Source of the DNA: Sphingomonas sp.
GTDB taxonomy: Bacteria > Pseudomonadota > Alphaproteobacteria > Sphingomonadales > Sphingomonadaceae
DNA length: 64,000 bases
NCBI GenBank assembly: GCA_965248885.1
Contig: OZ252211.1
Coordinates: forward strand, 661,179 to 725,178
Direction: 5' to 3'
In this document: in pieces, positions 9,513 through 17,935 of the stretch
How the letters are laid out: every line of letters starts with the position of its first letter
Numbering within the stretch: position 1 is the stretch's first letter
Notes under the pieces: model-generated
What the model was told of the DNA's origin: nothing
Databases searched by the model: none
The model's input: only the letters and a program-made list of their open reading frames with translations
Made by a program: the position numbers and the translations under genes

Positions 9513-11070
9513 TCAAATGCCTGCAATGTGGCGCCGATAATCCCGCCGGTAACACGTTTTGCCAGAATTGCGGAAAGCCCATTTTGGCTGTGGGCAGCGG
9601 CGGTGCGGCGCTGCAGACGCTAAGTGGATTGCGGACGATCGGCGGCGGCGAGACGCTGCACCACGATGCCTATCCGAAGGGCGACGTCGCAATCCTCGAG
9701 CCGGGCGCGGTATTTGCCGGCCGCTACACGATCGAATCGCGTATCGGAATCGGCGGGATGGGCGTTGTTTATCGTGCCAAGGACAAGATCGGCGACCGGA
9801 TCGTGGCGCTGAAGCTCATTCGCTCGGACCGGCTTTCCGGCGAAGACGCCGTCAGCCGGCTCAGCGCTGAAGGTGTTCTCACTCAGGATATTCGCCACAA
9901 GAACATCGTCAACGTTTACCATGTCGATCAATTCGAAGGTCAGCCATTCCTGTCGATGGAGTTCGTCGAAGGCGTGTCGCTGCGCGAATGGATCCGCAAG
10001 CAGAAGCGCGCGGGGACCGAGGTGGGCCTCATGGTGGCCGCGCGGATCGTGAACGAGGTGCTCGCTGGCCTTCAGGTCGCGCATGAGATGGGCATCGTCC
10101 ACCGTGATCTTAAACCCGAGAACATCATGCTGACGGCGGAACCGAGCGCCGACGCTGCGGCGCTCAAGATCCTTGATTTCGGCATCGCGCGCGTCGAGGC
10201 GCGGCAGGTCGTCAGTGGCACCGGCCGCGAAGGCACCGTCGAATATATGGCGCCTGAGCAAATTACCGACGCCGACAGTGCCGGCCCCGAGGCCGATTTC
10301 TACTCGCTTTCGATCATCTTTTACGAGCTGCTCGTCGGGGTGCTGCCGAAGGGGGGCTGGCAACCCCGTCGAGCGGCCGGTCCGACGTGCCGACGGGAAT
10401 CGATTCACTGATCCAGTCGGGGCTCCAGAACCGGACGGCAAGCCGTCCGCAGAGCGTCGCCGAATATCGCCAGAAACTCAACGCTGCGATCGGCAGTGCG
10501 CCGATCGGCGGAAAAAAGCGCACGGATGTCGATCGGTTCGTCGGCGGCGACGATCCGCCGAAGAAGCACAACTGGTGGATAATCGGCGGCGGTATCTTTG
10601 CTGGGTTCCTCGTGCTCGGCGTGATCGGCAACATGATCGACCAGACCGAGCCTGGGATTCTCAAAAACGGCAACGTTATAACTTCGACCGGGGGCCGTGA
10701 GGACGATCCGCCGCCGCCACCGCCGCCACCGCTGCCCAGCTATTCGCAGCTGAGCGGCCAGTGGCTCGACGGAAACGGCGCTGGCATCGCGGCCGACGTC
10801 AACGCCAACGGGACATTTTCCGGGACCGGTCGCGCAACCGATGGCACGCCGTTCACAATTCAGGGCGCTTTTTCGGGAACCGTCGCGAATTATACCGTCA
10901 CCAACACCGCCGGCGCGCTCGGCGGTCGGCTGGCGTGGGACGGCCGCAATTGCCACCTCGACTTCCGGACGCTGTATCCCAACGGCGCGATCGCCGTGCA
11001 AGGGCAGTTCCACGTCAATCACGCACCGGGAGAACCCTGTCCGGCGGGATGGGGTGCAAACGGGCCATGA
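9509..11070 (+). pseudogene. membrane Ser/Thr protein kinase (N-terminal zinc-ribbon, Hanks kinase, TM helix, extracytoplasmic domain) with a frameshift at ~10351-10368
   Basis: N-terminal zinc ribbon MIKCLQCGADNPAGNTFCQNCGKP. Kinase motifs VALKLI, HRDLKPENIML, DFGIA and APE, ending ...FYELLVGVLPKGGW in frame 2 (ORF 9461..10411). Continuation ...SDVPTGIDSLIQSGLQNRTASRPQSVAEYRQKL, TM helix WWIIGGGIFAGFLVLGVIG and a ~150-aa extracytoplasmic domain run in frame 1 (ORF 10387..11070). The break lies in the ggggggctggcaaccccg run. Confidence 0.75.
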
Positions 11071-11086
11071 CTTCAGGAGACCGAGC

Positions 11087-12028
11087 ATGACAGACAGTTG
11101 GAACGGCCATCCGCTCAACGGCTGCCTTTTCGAGGCAACACCGTCGCCTGCGCCGACGCTGGGGCTCGCGACCGGTCAGGGCGCGCTGCCGCGGCGGGTC
11201 GACCTGCGCGCTCACTGCACGCCGGTCGAGAATCAGGAAAAAACCAACAGCTGCGTTGCGAACGCTATCGTCGGCGCGCTCGAGCTGCACCAGCGCAAGG
11301 CGGGATTGCCGGTTACTGATCTATCGCGGCTGTTCCTATACTACAACGCGCGCAGCCTTTCGAAGACCGAGGGGCGGGATTGCGGCACTCACATCCATCA
11401 CGGAATGGCCGCCGTGCTCGCCTATGGCGTCTGCGAGGAACGGATGTGGCCGTTTGAAACCGCGATGGTTACGGCCCCGCCGACCGAGGCCTGTTTCAAG
11501 AATGCGACCTCCTATGAGGCGGTGCAGTTCGCGCGCACGCCGGCGGGACAGCCGGCGATGGCGGCATTGGCACAGGGGCTTCCCGTCGCGTTCGGCATCG
11601 TTTTGCCTGGCGAATGCTATACCGTTGCAGCCAAGACCGGGACGGTTCCCAATCCGGACACCATTCAGGTGCAGAGCGCGCCGAGCGGGCACGCCATGCT
11701 GATCGTCGGCTACGACATAGACGAGAAAGTCTATTTCGTCCGCAACAGTTGGGGCGCTGGCTATGGCCAGAACGGTTATATCAACGTGCCCTTCGACGTG
11801 ATGGAGCGCCACGCGCGTCCCGATCAGTTCTGGACGATCGGGGCGATCGAACAATCACCGGCGCTCAGCATTTTCGGACCGTCGGTGAAAGAGACGGTCG
11901 AGAATGCTACCGAAGGCAAACGCCCGCCGACCAAGCTCGACCTGTTGCGCGCCGAGTTGAAATCGAGCCTCGAATCGCGCCTCGGAAGTGCGCGGCAAGG
12001 CTTTGCAAGTCGGCTTCGCGGGAATTAG
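11087..12028 (+). CDS. papain-like cysteine peptidase (MEROPS C1A-like), no signal peptide
   Basis: 313 aa from ATG 11087 with an AGGAGA RBS. Catalytic Cys context VDLRAHCTPVENQEKTNSCVANAIVGALE and His/Asn context HAMLIVGYD...YFVRNSWGAGYGQNGYINVPFD. Follows the kinase after a 17-bp spacer. Confidence 0.8.
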   Translation: MTDSWNGHPLNGCLFEATPSPAPTLGLATGQGALPRRVDLRAHCTPVENQEKTNSCVANAIVGALELHQRKAGLPVTDLSRLFLYYNARSLSKTEGRDCGTHIHHGMAAVLAYGVCEERMWPFETAMVTAPPTEACFKNATSYEAVQFARTPAGQPAMAALAQGLPVAFGIVLPGECYTVAAKTGTVPNPDTIQVQSAPSGHAMLIVGYDIDEKVYFVRNSWGAGYGQNGYINVPFDVMERHARPDQFWTIGAIEQSPALSIFGPSVKETVENATEGKRPPTKLDLLRAELKSSLESRLGSARQGFASRLRGN

Positions 12029-12418
12029 ATCGTGAGTTGCCATGCTTATGATTGAGGGTGCCCGAGGCGGGACCGTGATCTACTGGAATGTCCAACGCGC
12101 GTCGCGTTCGATGGCTGATCTTCGCTTCGGTGCCCTGCGGCATCCTCTTTTCGTACTTGGCTTTCAACCTGCAGCTGATTTAGGGATTTTCGCCGGCCGA
12201 CGGCGGGGACTTGCGGCCGTTGAACGAACGATGGGCATGGGCCGCACTGGTCATGACGGTCGCTGTGGCGCCATTGACTGGAATGCGGTTTTTTCGTCGG
12301 GATCTGTCTCGTCCGGGTCGAACAATGCGGGTCGTTGCTGATCCTATCGACTGTCCGGGCCTCCGGCGCCGAGGTCGCCGTGTCGAAGGCGAACAGGCAA
12401 CGCGCTCAAGATGAACTG

Positions 12419-12673
12419 ATGCGACAGGGGCGCGCACCGGAACCAATGCAGCTCGCGCGAAACGCAGCGATGCGGACAGTCGCGAGCAGCTTTGCGACGC
12501 CGCTTCGTGCCGCAGGCATTGACGCCAGCGTTGTCGTCCGATTCATCGACCCTTCGGGACGGGAAATCATGTCCTTCCTCGACCGATCGCGCCGCATCGA
12601 GGACGTGTTGCGCAGCCGCCGCGCAGGCGCCCAGAAAATTAGGGCGTCGCGCGACGAGCCTACGGCACCCTAG
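12419..12673 (+). CDS. hypothetical small protein (weak call)
   Basis: 85 aa from the internal ATG of ORF 12335..12673 with unbiased composition (AGIDASVVVRFIDPSGREIMSFLDRSRRIEDVL). No recognisable family. Confidence 0.3.
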   Translation: MRQGRAPEPMQLARNAAMRTVASSFATPLRAAGIDASVVVRFIDPSGREIMSFLDRSRRIEDVLRSRRAGAQKIRASRDEPTAP

Positions 12674-12942
12674 TTCTGCATGATGGCCGCGCGAGCGTGC
12701 GGTTGCTTCTCTTCGGTTGTCGCTTTGCGAAGCTGGCCGGCGACCGCGCACTTCTCTCATCGGTTTTGTCGGAGCAAATGCAAAACGCGTTAAGCGGCGG
12801 CGCGATCCTCCGCCCGCATGACCGCGATCAGCGTAGATGGCGACCCCGACATGCCCGAAGAGCCGATACACGGTCCCACGACTATGTCGACGCCCCCTGT
12901 CGCACTGGGATGACTTCGCGCCCTGTTCGCCTGGCGAGGGTA

Positions 12943-13353
12943 TCACGCCCCGCTCGGGACAACTGGGATCATCCAGCCCTGCGGAAGACGGTCAAGATCG
13001 GTGGCGGCGATTACCCGCGATTCCGCGTCGAGGAATACCACCATGTACCGCGGAGGATCGGGAAATCCGAACCACAGCCGCTCGCCCATCAACCAAGTCT
13101 CACCCTCCGAAGTCGCGATCGCGTCCAACGCGTCGGCAAACATCTCCACCACCCCTCCGAAGCGAGCCCGCTCCTCTGAGTCGGGATGCCTCCAGCTGAC
13201 CATCCGGCGCTCACGAGTGGCGATGCGGAGCCGGTCGACGACAGTCTCGGCTAGGTTGCGCGGCAGAGCGAAGCCGAGCGCCGCGCCACGCGAGCGCAGC
13301 GCGCGATGCTCCGCCGTCTCGTCCGCACCCCAGAACCAGCGCCACCAGCCCAT
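12943..13353 (-). CDS. hypothetical protein
   Basis: 136-aa ORF with balanced composition (…GGVVEMFADALDAIATSEGETWLMGERLWFGFPDPPRYMVVFLDAESRVIAATDLDRLPQGWMIPV). No family recognised. Confidence 0.4.
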   Translation of the reverse strand: MGWWRWFWGADETAEHRALRSRGAALGFALPRNLAETVVDRLRIATRERRMVSWRHPDSEERARFGGVVEMFADALDAIATSEGETWLMGERLWFGFPDPPRYMVVFLDAESRVIAATDLDRLPQGWMIPVVPSGA

Positions 13354-13576
13354 CAGCTCGGCATATCCCCTCGCACCGCCCGCCGCGAGCGAGAGTTACT
13401 CATCTGGCAACCGCGTCGATCGCAATCCACAGCGCCGTGCCGGTTGGGCTGCCGATCAATGCGCTGAATGCGATATTACTATCAGAATGAATGAACGACT
13501 GCTTTGGAACAGCGGAAGCATTCAAAGAGACGGCCGACTTTGGGTCACCGTATATTTCGCGCCGATGGCGCGAGAG

Positions 13577-14263
13577 CTACCCGTGCGACGGGCTGGGATG
13601 CGGACCGTGACCTCCCGTCTTCATCCAAACTCGCGCGCCTTGTCGACCAGCCACGGCGCTTAAGTGACCGTCGTTAGGCAAGCGCAGCCAGCTCTGGACC
13701 CGCATGATTTCGCCAAAGGCGGCGCAGGTGCCTTCAAGCACCAACAGTTCGGCACCATCCGGCGTACTCAGCTCAATTGTCGTATCTGGCGCCCATACCT
13801 CGATCCGCACGCTTTCGCACCCATCCTCGAACAGCGGCACGACCGCGACTCCTGGTCGATCGAGTGCATCGCGCAGCCTGAGGGCGTGCGTGTTGATCGT
13901 CAGCGCAGCCCTGTCGCACGGATCGAACTGCCACAGCTTGACGAAAATCACACAACCGGAAGCAGAGCCAGGTCGGTGCCGCGACGTCGGCGGATTACGA
14001 ACGTAGGTACCGGCTGGATAGTCGCCGTGTTCGTCCTGGAACACACCGTCGAGAACGAAGAACTCTTCGCCGCCGCCGTGAACGTGCTCCTCGAATAGGC
14101 TGCCGGGCGCGTAGCGGACGATGGAGGTGGCGCGTGCCACCTCCCCGCCTATCCGATCGAGCATGCGCCGGTCGACACCGGGCATGGGCGATGGTGTCCA
14201 GGCGATCCTGTCGCCATGGAGCAGAACTCGTCGCGAAAAGTCGCTGTTCAATTCCATCGTCAT
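13577..14263 (-). CDS. ChrR-like bicupin domain protein
   Basis: Start taken at MTMELNSDF... Has the HGGGEEFFVLDGVF cupin motif and a second cupin half. The ORF-track N-terminal extension is discarded. Confidence 0.65.
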   Translation of the reverse strand: MTMELNSDFSRRVLLHGDRIAWTPSPMPGVDRRMLDRIGGEVARATSIVRYAPGSLFEEHVHGGGEEFFVLDGVFQDEHGDYPAGTYVRNPPTSRHRPGSASGCVIFVKLWQFDPCDRAALTINTHALRLRDALDRPGVAVVPLFEDGCESVRIEVWAPDTTIELSTPDGAELLVLEGTCAAFGEIMRVQSWLRLPNDGHLSAVAGRQGARVWMKTGGHGPHPSPSHG

Positions 14264-14291
14264 CGCTTCTCGCCGCGAGATGTCGTGCCGC

Positions 14292-14672
14292 TCACGTGAA
14301 CGCGACGACAGCGACCTTATTGCCGGTCGGGTCACGCAGATAAGCCATAACCGTGTTTGGCAGACCACCGGCACCTGGCGCGCCGTTCACATCGCTGCCG
14401 CCGGCAGCGAGACCGGCTCGATACCAGGCTTCGGCGGTCGCCGTTGAGTTTGCTTTGAACATGATCGTGCCGCCATTGGCATGACATGCAGCCCCCTTAT
14501 CCTGCGGCTTCGTTACGAGAAACAGTCCGTCCTTAGGGTCGCCGTACATTAAGGCTGCAGGGTCATCGCGGAACTGACCCTTGCTTTCGATCCCAAGCGT
14601 TCCGAACGTTGCGTCGTAGAAAGTCTTAGAGGCTTCGAGATCGTTCGAACCTACCATCACGTGAAAATACAT
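14292..14672 (-). CDS. VOC (glyoxalase/bleomycin-resistance fold) family protein
   Basis: 126 aa, MYFHVMVGSNDLEASKTFYDATFGTLG... Typical small VOC protein. Confidence 0.7.
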   Translation of the reverse strand: MYFHVMVGSNDLEASKTFYDATFGTLGIESKGQFRDDPAALMYGDPKDGLFLVTKPQDKGAACHANGGTIMFKANSTATAEAWYRAGLAAGGSDVNGAPGAGGLPNTVMAYLRDPTGNKVAVVAFT

Positions 14673-14779
14673 TTGCTGCCTTCCTGTCGATCGGTCTGAA
14701 TCTTTTAACCGCTCGGCTACCTACTAGTAGGGCGTTTGAGTGGCAAGTGCTATGTTGACGCTTACTCGCCACCTACTAC

Positions 14780-15352
14780 ATGGTAGGGATGGACACGAAG
14801 ACCGCATTGCTTATTGCCGCGGAGGACGCGGTCCGCGCGCGTGGCTACAACGGTTTCAGCTATGCCGATCTCGCCGCAGCCGTCGGCATCCGGAAGGCGA
14901 GTATTCACCATCACTATCCGACAAAGGCGGATCTCGCACTGGCGCTAATCGAGCGATACGCGGCACGCTTCTTCGCGACACTCGACCAGATCTCCGGGTC
15001 ACATTCGACAGGTGGAGCACGCTTACGTGCCTGTATCGGCGCGTATCGCGGAGTGCTCGAAGGGGGTGATAAGACCTGCTTATGCGTAGCGCTGTGCATC
15101 GGTCGCGACGGATTGAGCAAGGCGGTGCTGGCCGAGTTGGACACTTTTCACGCGACAATCACGGCCTGGCTTGCGGACTGCTTTTCAATCGCGAAGAAGG
15201 ACGGGACCATCGCGGACGTCGGCGACCGTGAGGCTGAAGCGCACGCCTGCCTCGCGCAGATGGAAGGCGCTCAGTTGATCGCGCGGGCAGCCAAGGACGC
15301 GCGGCGCTTCGACATGGCGACGGCACAAGTGCTCGGGCGGATACGAGGCTAA
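14780..15352 (+). CDS. TetR/AcrR-family transcriptional regulator
   Basis: N-terminal HTH ALLIAAEDAVRARGYNGFSYADLAAAVGIRKASIHHHYPTKADL. Divergent from the VOC/cupin genes. Confidence 0.85.
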   Translation: MVGMDTKTALLIAAEDAVRARGYNGFSYADLAAAVGIRKASIHHHYPTKADLALALIERYAARFFATLDQISGSHSTGGARLRACIGAYRGVLEGGDKTCLCVALCIGRDGLSKAVLAELDTFHATITAWLADCFSIAKKDGTIADVGDREAEAHACLAQMEGAQLIARAAKDARRFDMATAQVLGRIRG

Positions 15353-15635
15353 CGACCGCCTAAGTCGAATGGCCATTCGTTGCTGCCCCGCAAAGCAGGG
15401 GGGTAGACAACGACCACAACGCCACACGATTTTGTCCTCGTAGGTGGAGCTGACGTTAAATCGAAGAACTACGGGTCCGCGGTCAATGTCGGCAGATTGC
15501 CTTGTCCACCCTGGAGTGAGAGACTCTAACCCGACAGCCCGAATGAGCGCGGTGAGGATCAGAACGCCCACTGACGTGACCCCCGTTTTTTCCTCCGGAT
15601 GGAACTAGAGTCTGGCCCGAAGAAGGGACGGACAG

Positions 15636-15903
15636 ATGAAGCGGAAGCAGTTTTGCCGAAGAGCATATCATCGGCATCCTGAAGGAAGCCGAAGCAGGCG
15701 CGGTGGTGACGGAGCTGTGCCGGCGGCACGGCATGTCGAGCGCGACCTATTACGCATGGAAGGCCAAGTTCGGCGGCCTGGAGGTGTCTGATGCGAAGCG
15801 GCTGCGAGCGCTCGAGGAGGAGAACGCTCGGCTCAAGCGGCTGCTGGCGGATACGATGCTCGACAACGCAGGCCTGAAGGACCTGCTATCAAAAAAATGG
15901 TAG
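15636..15903 (+). pseudogene. IS3 transposase OrfA (HTH), with an N-terminal frameshift (extra T at 15651-15654)
   Basis: ATG 15636 reads MKRKQF then goes out of frame. Downstream frame gives ...[80 protein letters not shown], the canonical IS3 OrfA. Observed TTTTGCC where TTTGCC (F-A) is expected. Confidence 0.7.
15891..15897 (+). promoter_or_regulatory. A AAA AAA slippery heptamer for programmed -1 ribosomal frameshifting (orfA to orfB)
   Basis: Sequence ctatcaAAAAAAAtggtag at the orfA/orfB overlap, the standard IS3-family frameshift signal. Confidence 0.5.
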
Positions 15904-16802
15904 CGCCCGCTGCAAAGCGCGAAGCGGTCGCGCATCTCCAGACGACGCTGGGGATGAGCGAGCGGCGGGCGTGCATGGTCGTCGGGGCGGATCGCAAGAG
16001 TATGCGGTATCGGTCGTGCCGGGCCGATGATGGCGACCTGCGGTCGCGGCTGTGCGAGCTGGCGCAAGCGCGCCGGCGGTTCGGCTATCGGCGGCTGCAC
16101 ATCCTGCTGCGGCGCGACGGCATCACGATCAACCGCAAGAAGACGCAGCGGCTTTACCGCGAAGAGGGGCTGACGGTGCGTCGCAGGAAGGGCCGGAAGC
16201 GCGCTGTCGGCGCACGGGCACCCGCACCTGTGCTGGCGCTTCCCAACCAGCGCTGGAGCCTGGACTTCGTCCACGACCAGCTGGCGACGGGTCGGCGGTT
16301 CCGCGTCCTCAACATCGTCGACGACGTGACGCGCGAGTGCCTGGCGGCGGTGGTCGATACGTCGATCTCGGGCAGACGGGTGGTGCGCGAGTTGAGCGAT
16401 CTGATCGACAGGCGCGGTGCGCCGAGGACGATCGTCAGCGACAACGGGACTGAGCTGACGTCCAACGCCGTGCTGGCATGGTCGGGCGATATGGGCATCG
16501 ACTGGCATTACATCGCGCCCGGCAAGCCGACCCAGAACGGGTTCGTCGAGAGCTTCAATGGTCGCATGCGCGACGAGCTCCTCAACGAGACGCTGTTCTT
16601 CACGATCGGTCAGGCCCGCGCGATCCTCGCCCGCTGGGCCCACGATTACAACACCGAGCGGCCACACTCGTCGCTCGGCTATGCCACCCCGGCGGCCTTC
16701 GCCGCCGAACTCGAAAAGCAACGGGCGGGGTTAACCCCGCCCGTTGCTTCACCTGCGCTCATGCGCGACAACACCGGTCGGTCTCTGGTGGCGGCTGGAT
16801 GA
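15897..16802 (+). CDS. IS3 transposase OrfB (DDE integrase core), normally made as an OrfAB fusion by -1 frameshifting
   Basis: 301 aa with rve-type motifs ([10 protein letters not shown] ... [10 protein letters not shown] ... [12 protein letters not shown] ... [12 protein letters not shown]). Starts within the A AAA AAA slippery run at 15891-15897. Confidence 0.9.
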   Translation: MVAPAAKREAVAHLQTTLGMSERRACMVVGADRKSMRYRSCRADDGDLRSRLCELAQARRRFGYRRLHILLRRDGITINRKKTQRLYREEGLTVRRRKGRKRAVGARAPAPVLALPNQRWSLDFVHDQLATGRRFRVLNIVDDVTRECLAAVVDTSISGRRVVRELSDLIDRRGAPRTIVSDNGTELTSNAVLAWSGDMGIDWHYIAPGKPTQNGFVESFNGRMRDELLNETLFFTIGQARAILARWAHDYNTERPHSSLGYATPAAFAAELEKQRAGLTPPVASPALMRDNTGRSLVAAG

Positions 16803-17020
16803 AAGACGGGGGTCACGTCACCACCGCCAAGGCACTCGCAAGTGCGACGCGCAGATGATTGAACGACTGAATCCAGGGCAATTCTTGACCGTGTTGAGCG
16901 TATGGTTGTGGGTCCAGTTGCACATAGCATTTAATCGCCTGCCCCAATCTGTAACACGCCACTCGCATGGCTCGATCTGCCTTCACTGCTAATTAATGGG
17001 CAAGCCCTCTGAGTTCTTGT

Positions 17021-17767
17021 TTAGGGAACCGAATAGAGGCGAACATAGTCATCGCTAACGGAAGCGTTGAGTTTTTGGCGATATGCATCGTAGGAGCCCG
17101 ATGAAATGCCAATGAGTCCGAACTCATAGACCTCGAACTGTTCTACTTTCGACATGGCCACCGGTGCAGCTATCGGCACCAGTTGCGATCCCTGGCCCGC
17201 CTGCAACGTGGCGAGCAGGCCGTATAGCGTGCCGTCGCTGGTCGGTCGTGAAAGCGTCTGCAGGCGATGTTGGCCCTGCTCGTTGGTCACGAGGTAAATA
17301 TGCCCGGAGAGGTTGGGCAGCGAGACATAACCTGCCTGTTGAAACCGCGCATCGACCCGCTCGGATTCGACGAAGCCCAGATGGCCATTCTCGTCGCTCC
17401 ATTGTATCGTCGTCAGGTAAGCATAAATCCCGCCCGGCGTGCCGAAGCTCGGCCGTAACGTCAGGTACCGCCCCTCCAGCCAGCCGACCGCCGCGCGGGA
17501 ATAGGCTCCCATGTGCTCGGGCGCCGTCTGTCGCGCCGGGGCGGCAGCCGCGACCGAACGCACCGCTATGCCGAGCGCCTCCTCGATCCGGATCGTCGTC
17601 GTCAGCGTGAAAGGCCGCGTTCCCGCGAGCGCTTTTTCCAACGTTGAGATGCTGACCCTTGCCATGTCGGCGAGCGCCTGGCGCGACATGCGACGGCGGG
17701 CAAGTTCCTCGCGCACGCGACGGCCCACTGCCTCTGCCTCCGCCCCGATCAACTCCTGGTCCCGCAT
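17021..17767 (-). CDS. XRE-family HTH transcriptional regulator with an uncharacterised ~170-aa C-terminal domain
   Basis: Start taken at MRDQELIGAEAEAVGRRVREELARRRMSRQALADMARVSISTLEKALAG (HTH_XRE). C-terminal domain (…YAYLTTIQWSDENGHLGFVESERVDARF…) is unrecognised. Divergent from the sortase-target operon. Confidence 0.7.
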   Translation of the reverse strand: MRDQELIGAEAEAVGRRVREELARRRMSRQALADMARVSISTLEKALAGTRPFTLTTTIRIEEALGIAVRSVAAAAPARQTAPEHMGAYSRAAVGWLEGRYLTLRPSFGTPGGIYAYLTTIQWSDENGHLGFVESERVDARFQQAGYVSLPNLSGHIYLVTNEQGQHRLQTLSRPTSDGTLYGLLATLQAGQGSQLVPIAAPVAMSKVEQFEVYEFGLIGISSGSYDAYRQKLNASVSDDYVRLYSVP

Positions 17768-17778
17768 GCCGCCTCCCG

Positions 17779-17806
17779 CCGCACATATCCGCACATATCC
17801 GCACAA
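17779..17806 (+). repeat. tandem direct repeat CCGCACATAT x2.8 in the XRE / sortase-target intergenic region
   Basis: ccgcacatat ccgcacatat ccgcacaa seen directly, just upstream of the XRE regulator start on its strand. Confidence 0.4.
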
Positions 17807-17935
17807 CCCGTCAAGGACATTGCACCGGCCCGCCGGCGGCGGCGGTTGCGGGTGGAAAGAGGATAAGACTGCTCGTGGCTGTGCGGCTCCGGGTAGGCAT
17901 AGAGGGAACGCTCCACGCTATCGAGGAGCCTTGTA

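Larger units (their letters stand above)
15572..16820 (+). mobile_element. IS3-family insertion sequence (1,249 bp): imperfect terminal inverted repeats TGACGTGACCCCCGT... and a 4-bp CCAC target-site duplication
   Basis: IRL at 15572 (TGACGTGACCCCCGTTTTTTCC). IRR ends at 16820 with reverse complement TGACGTGACCCCCGTCTTTCA. Flanking CCAC at 15568-15571 and 16821-16824. Contains orfA/orfB with an A7 slippery site. Confidence 0.85.
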
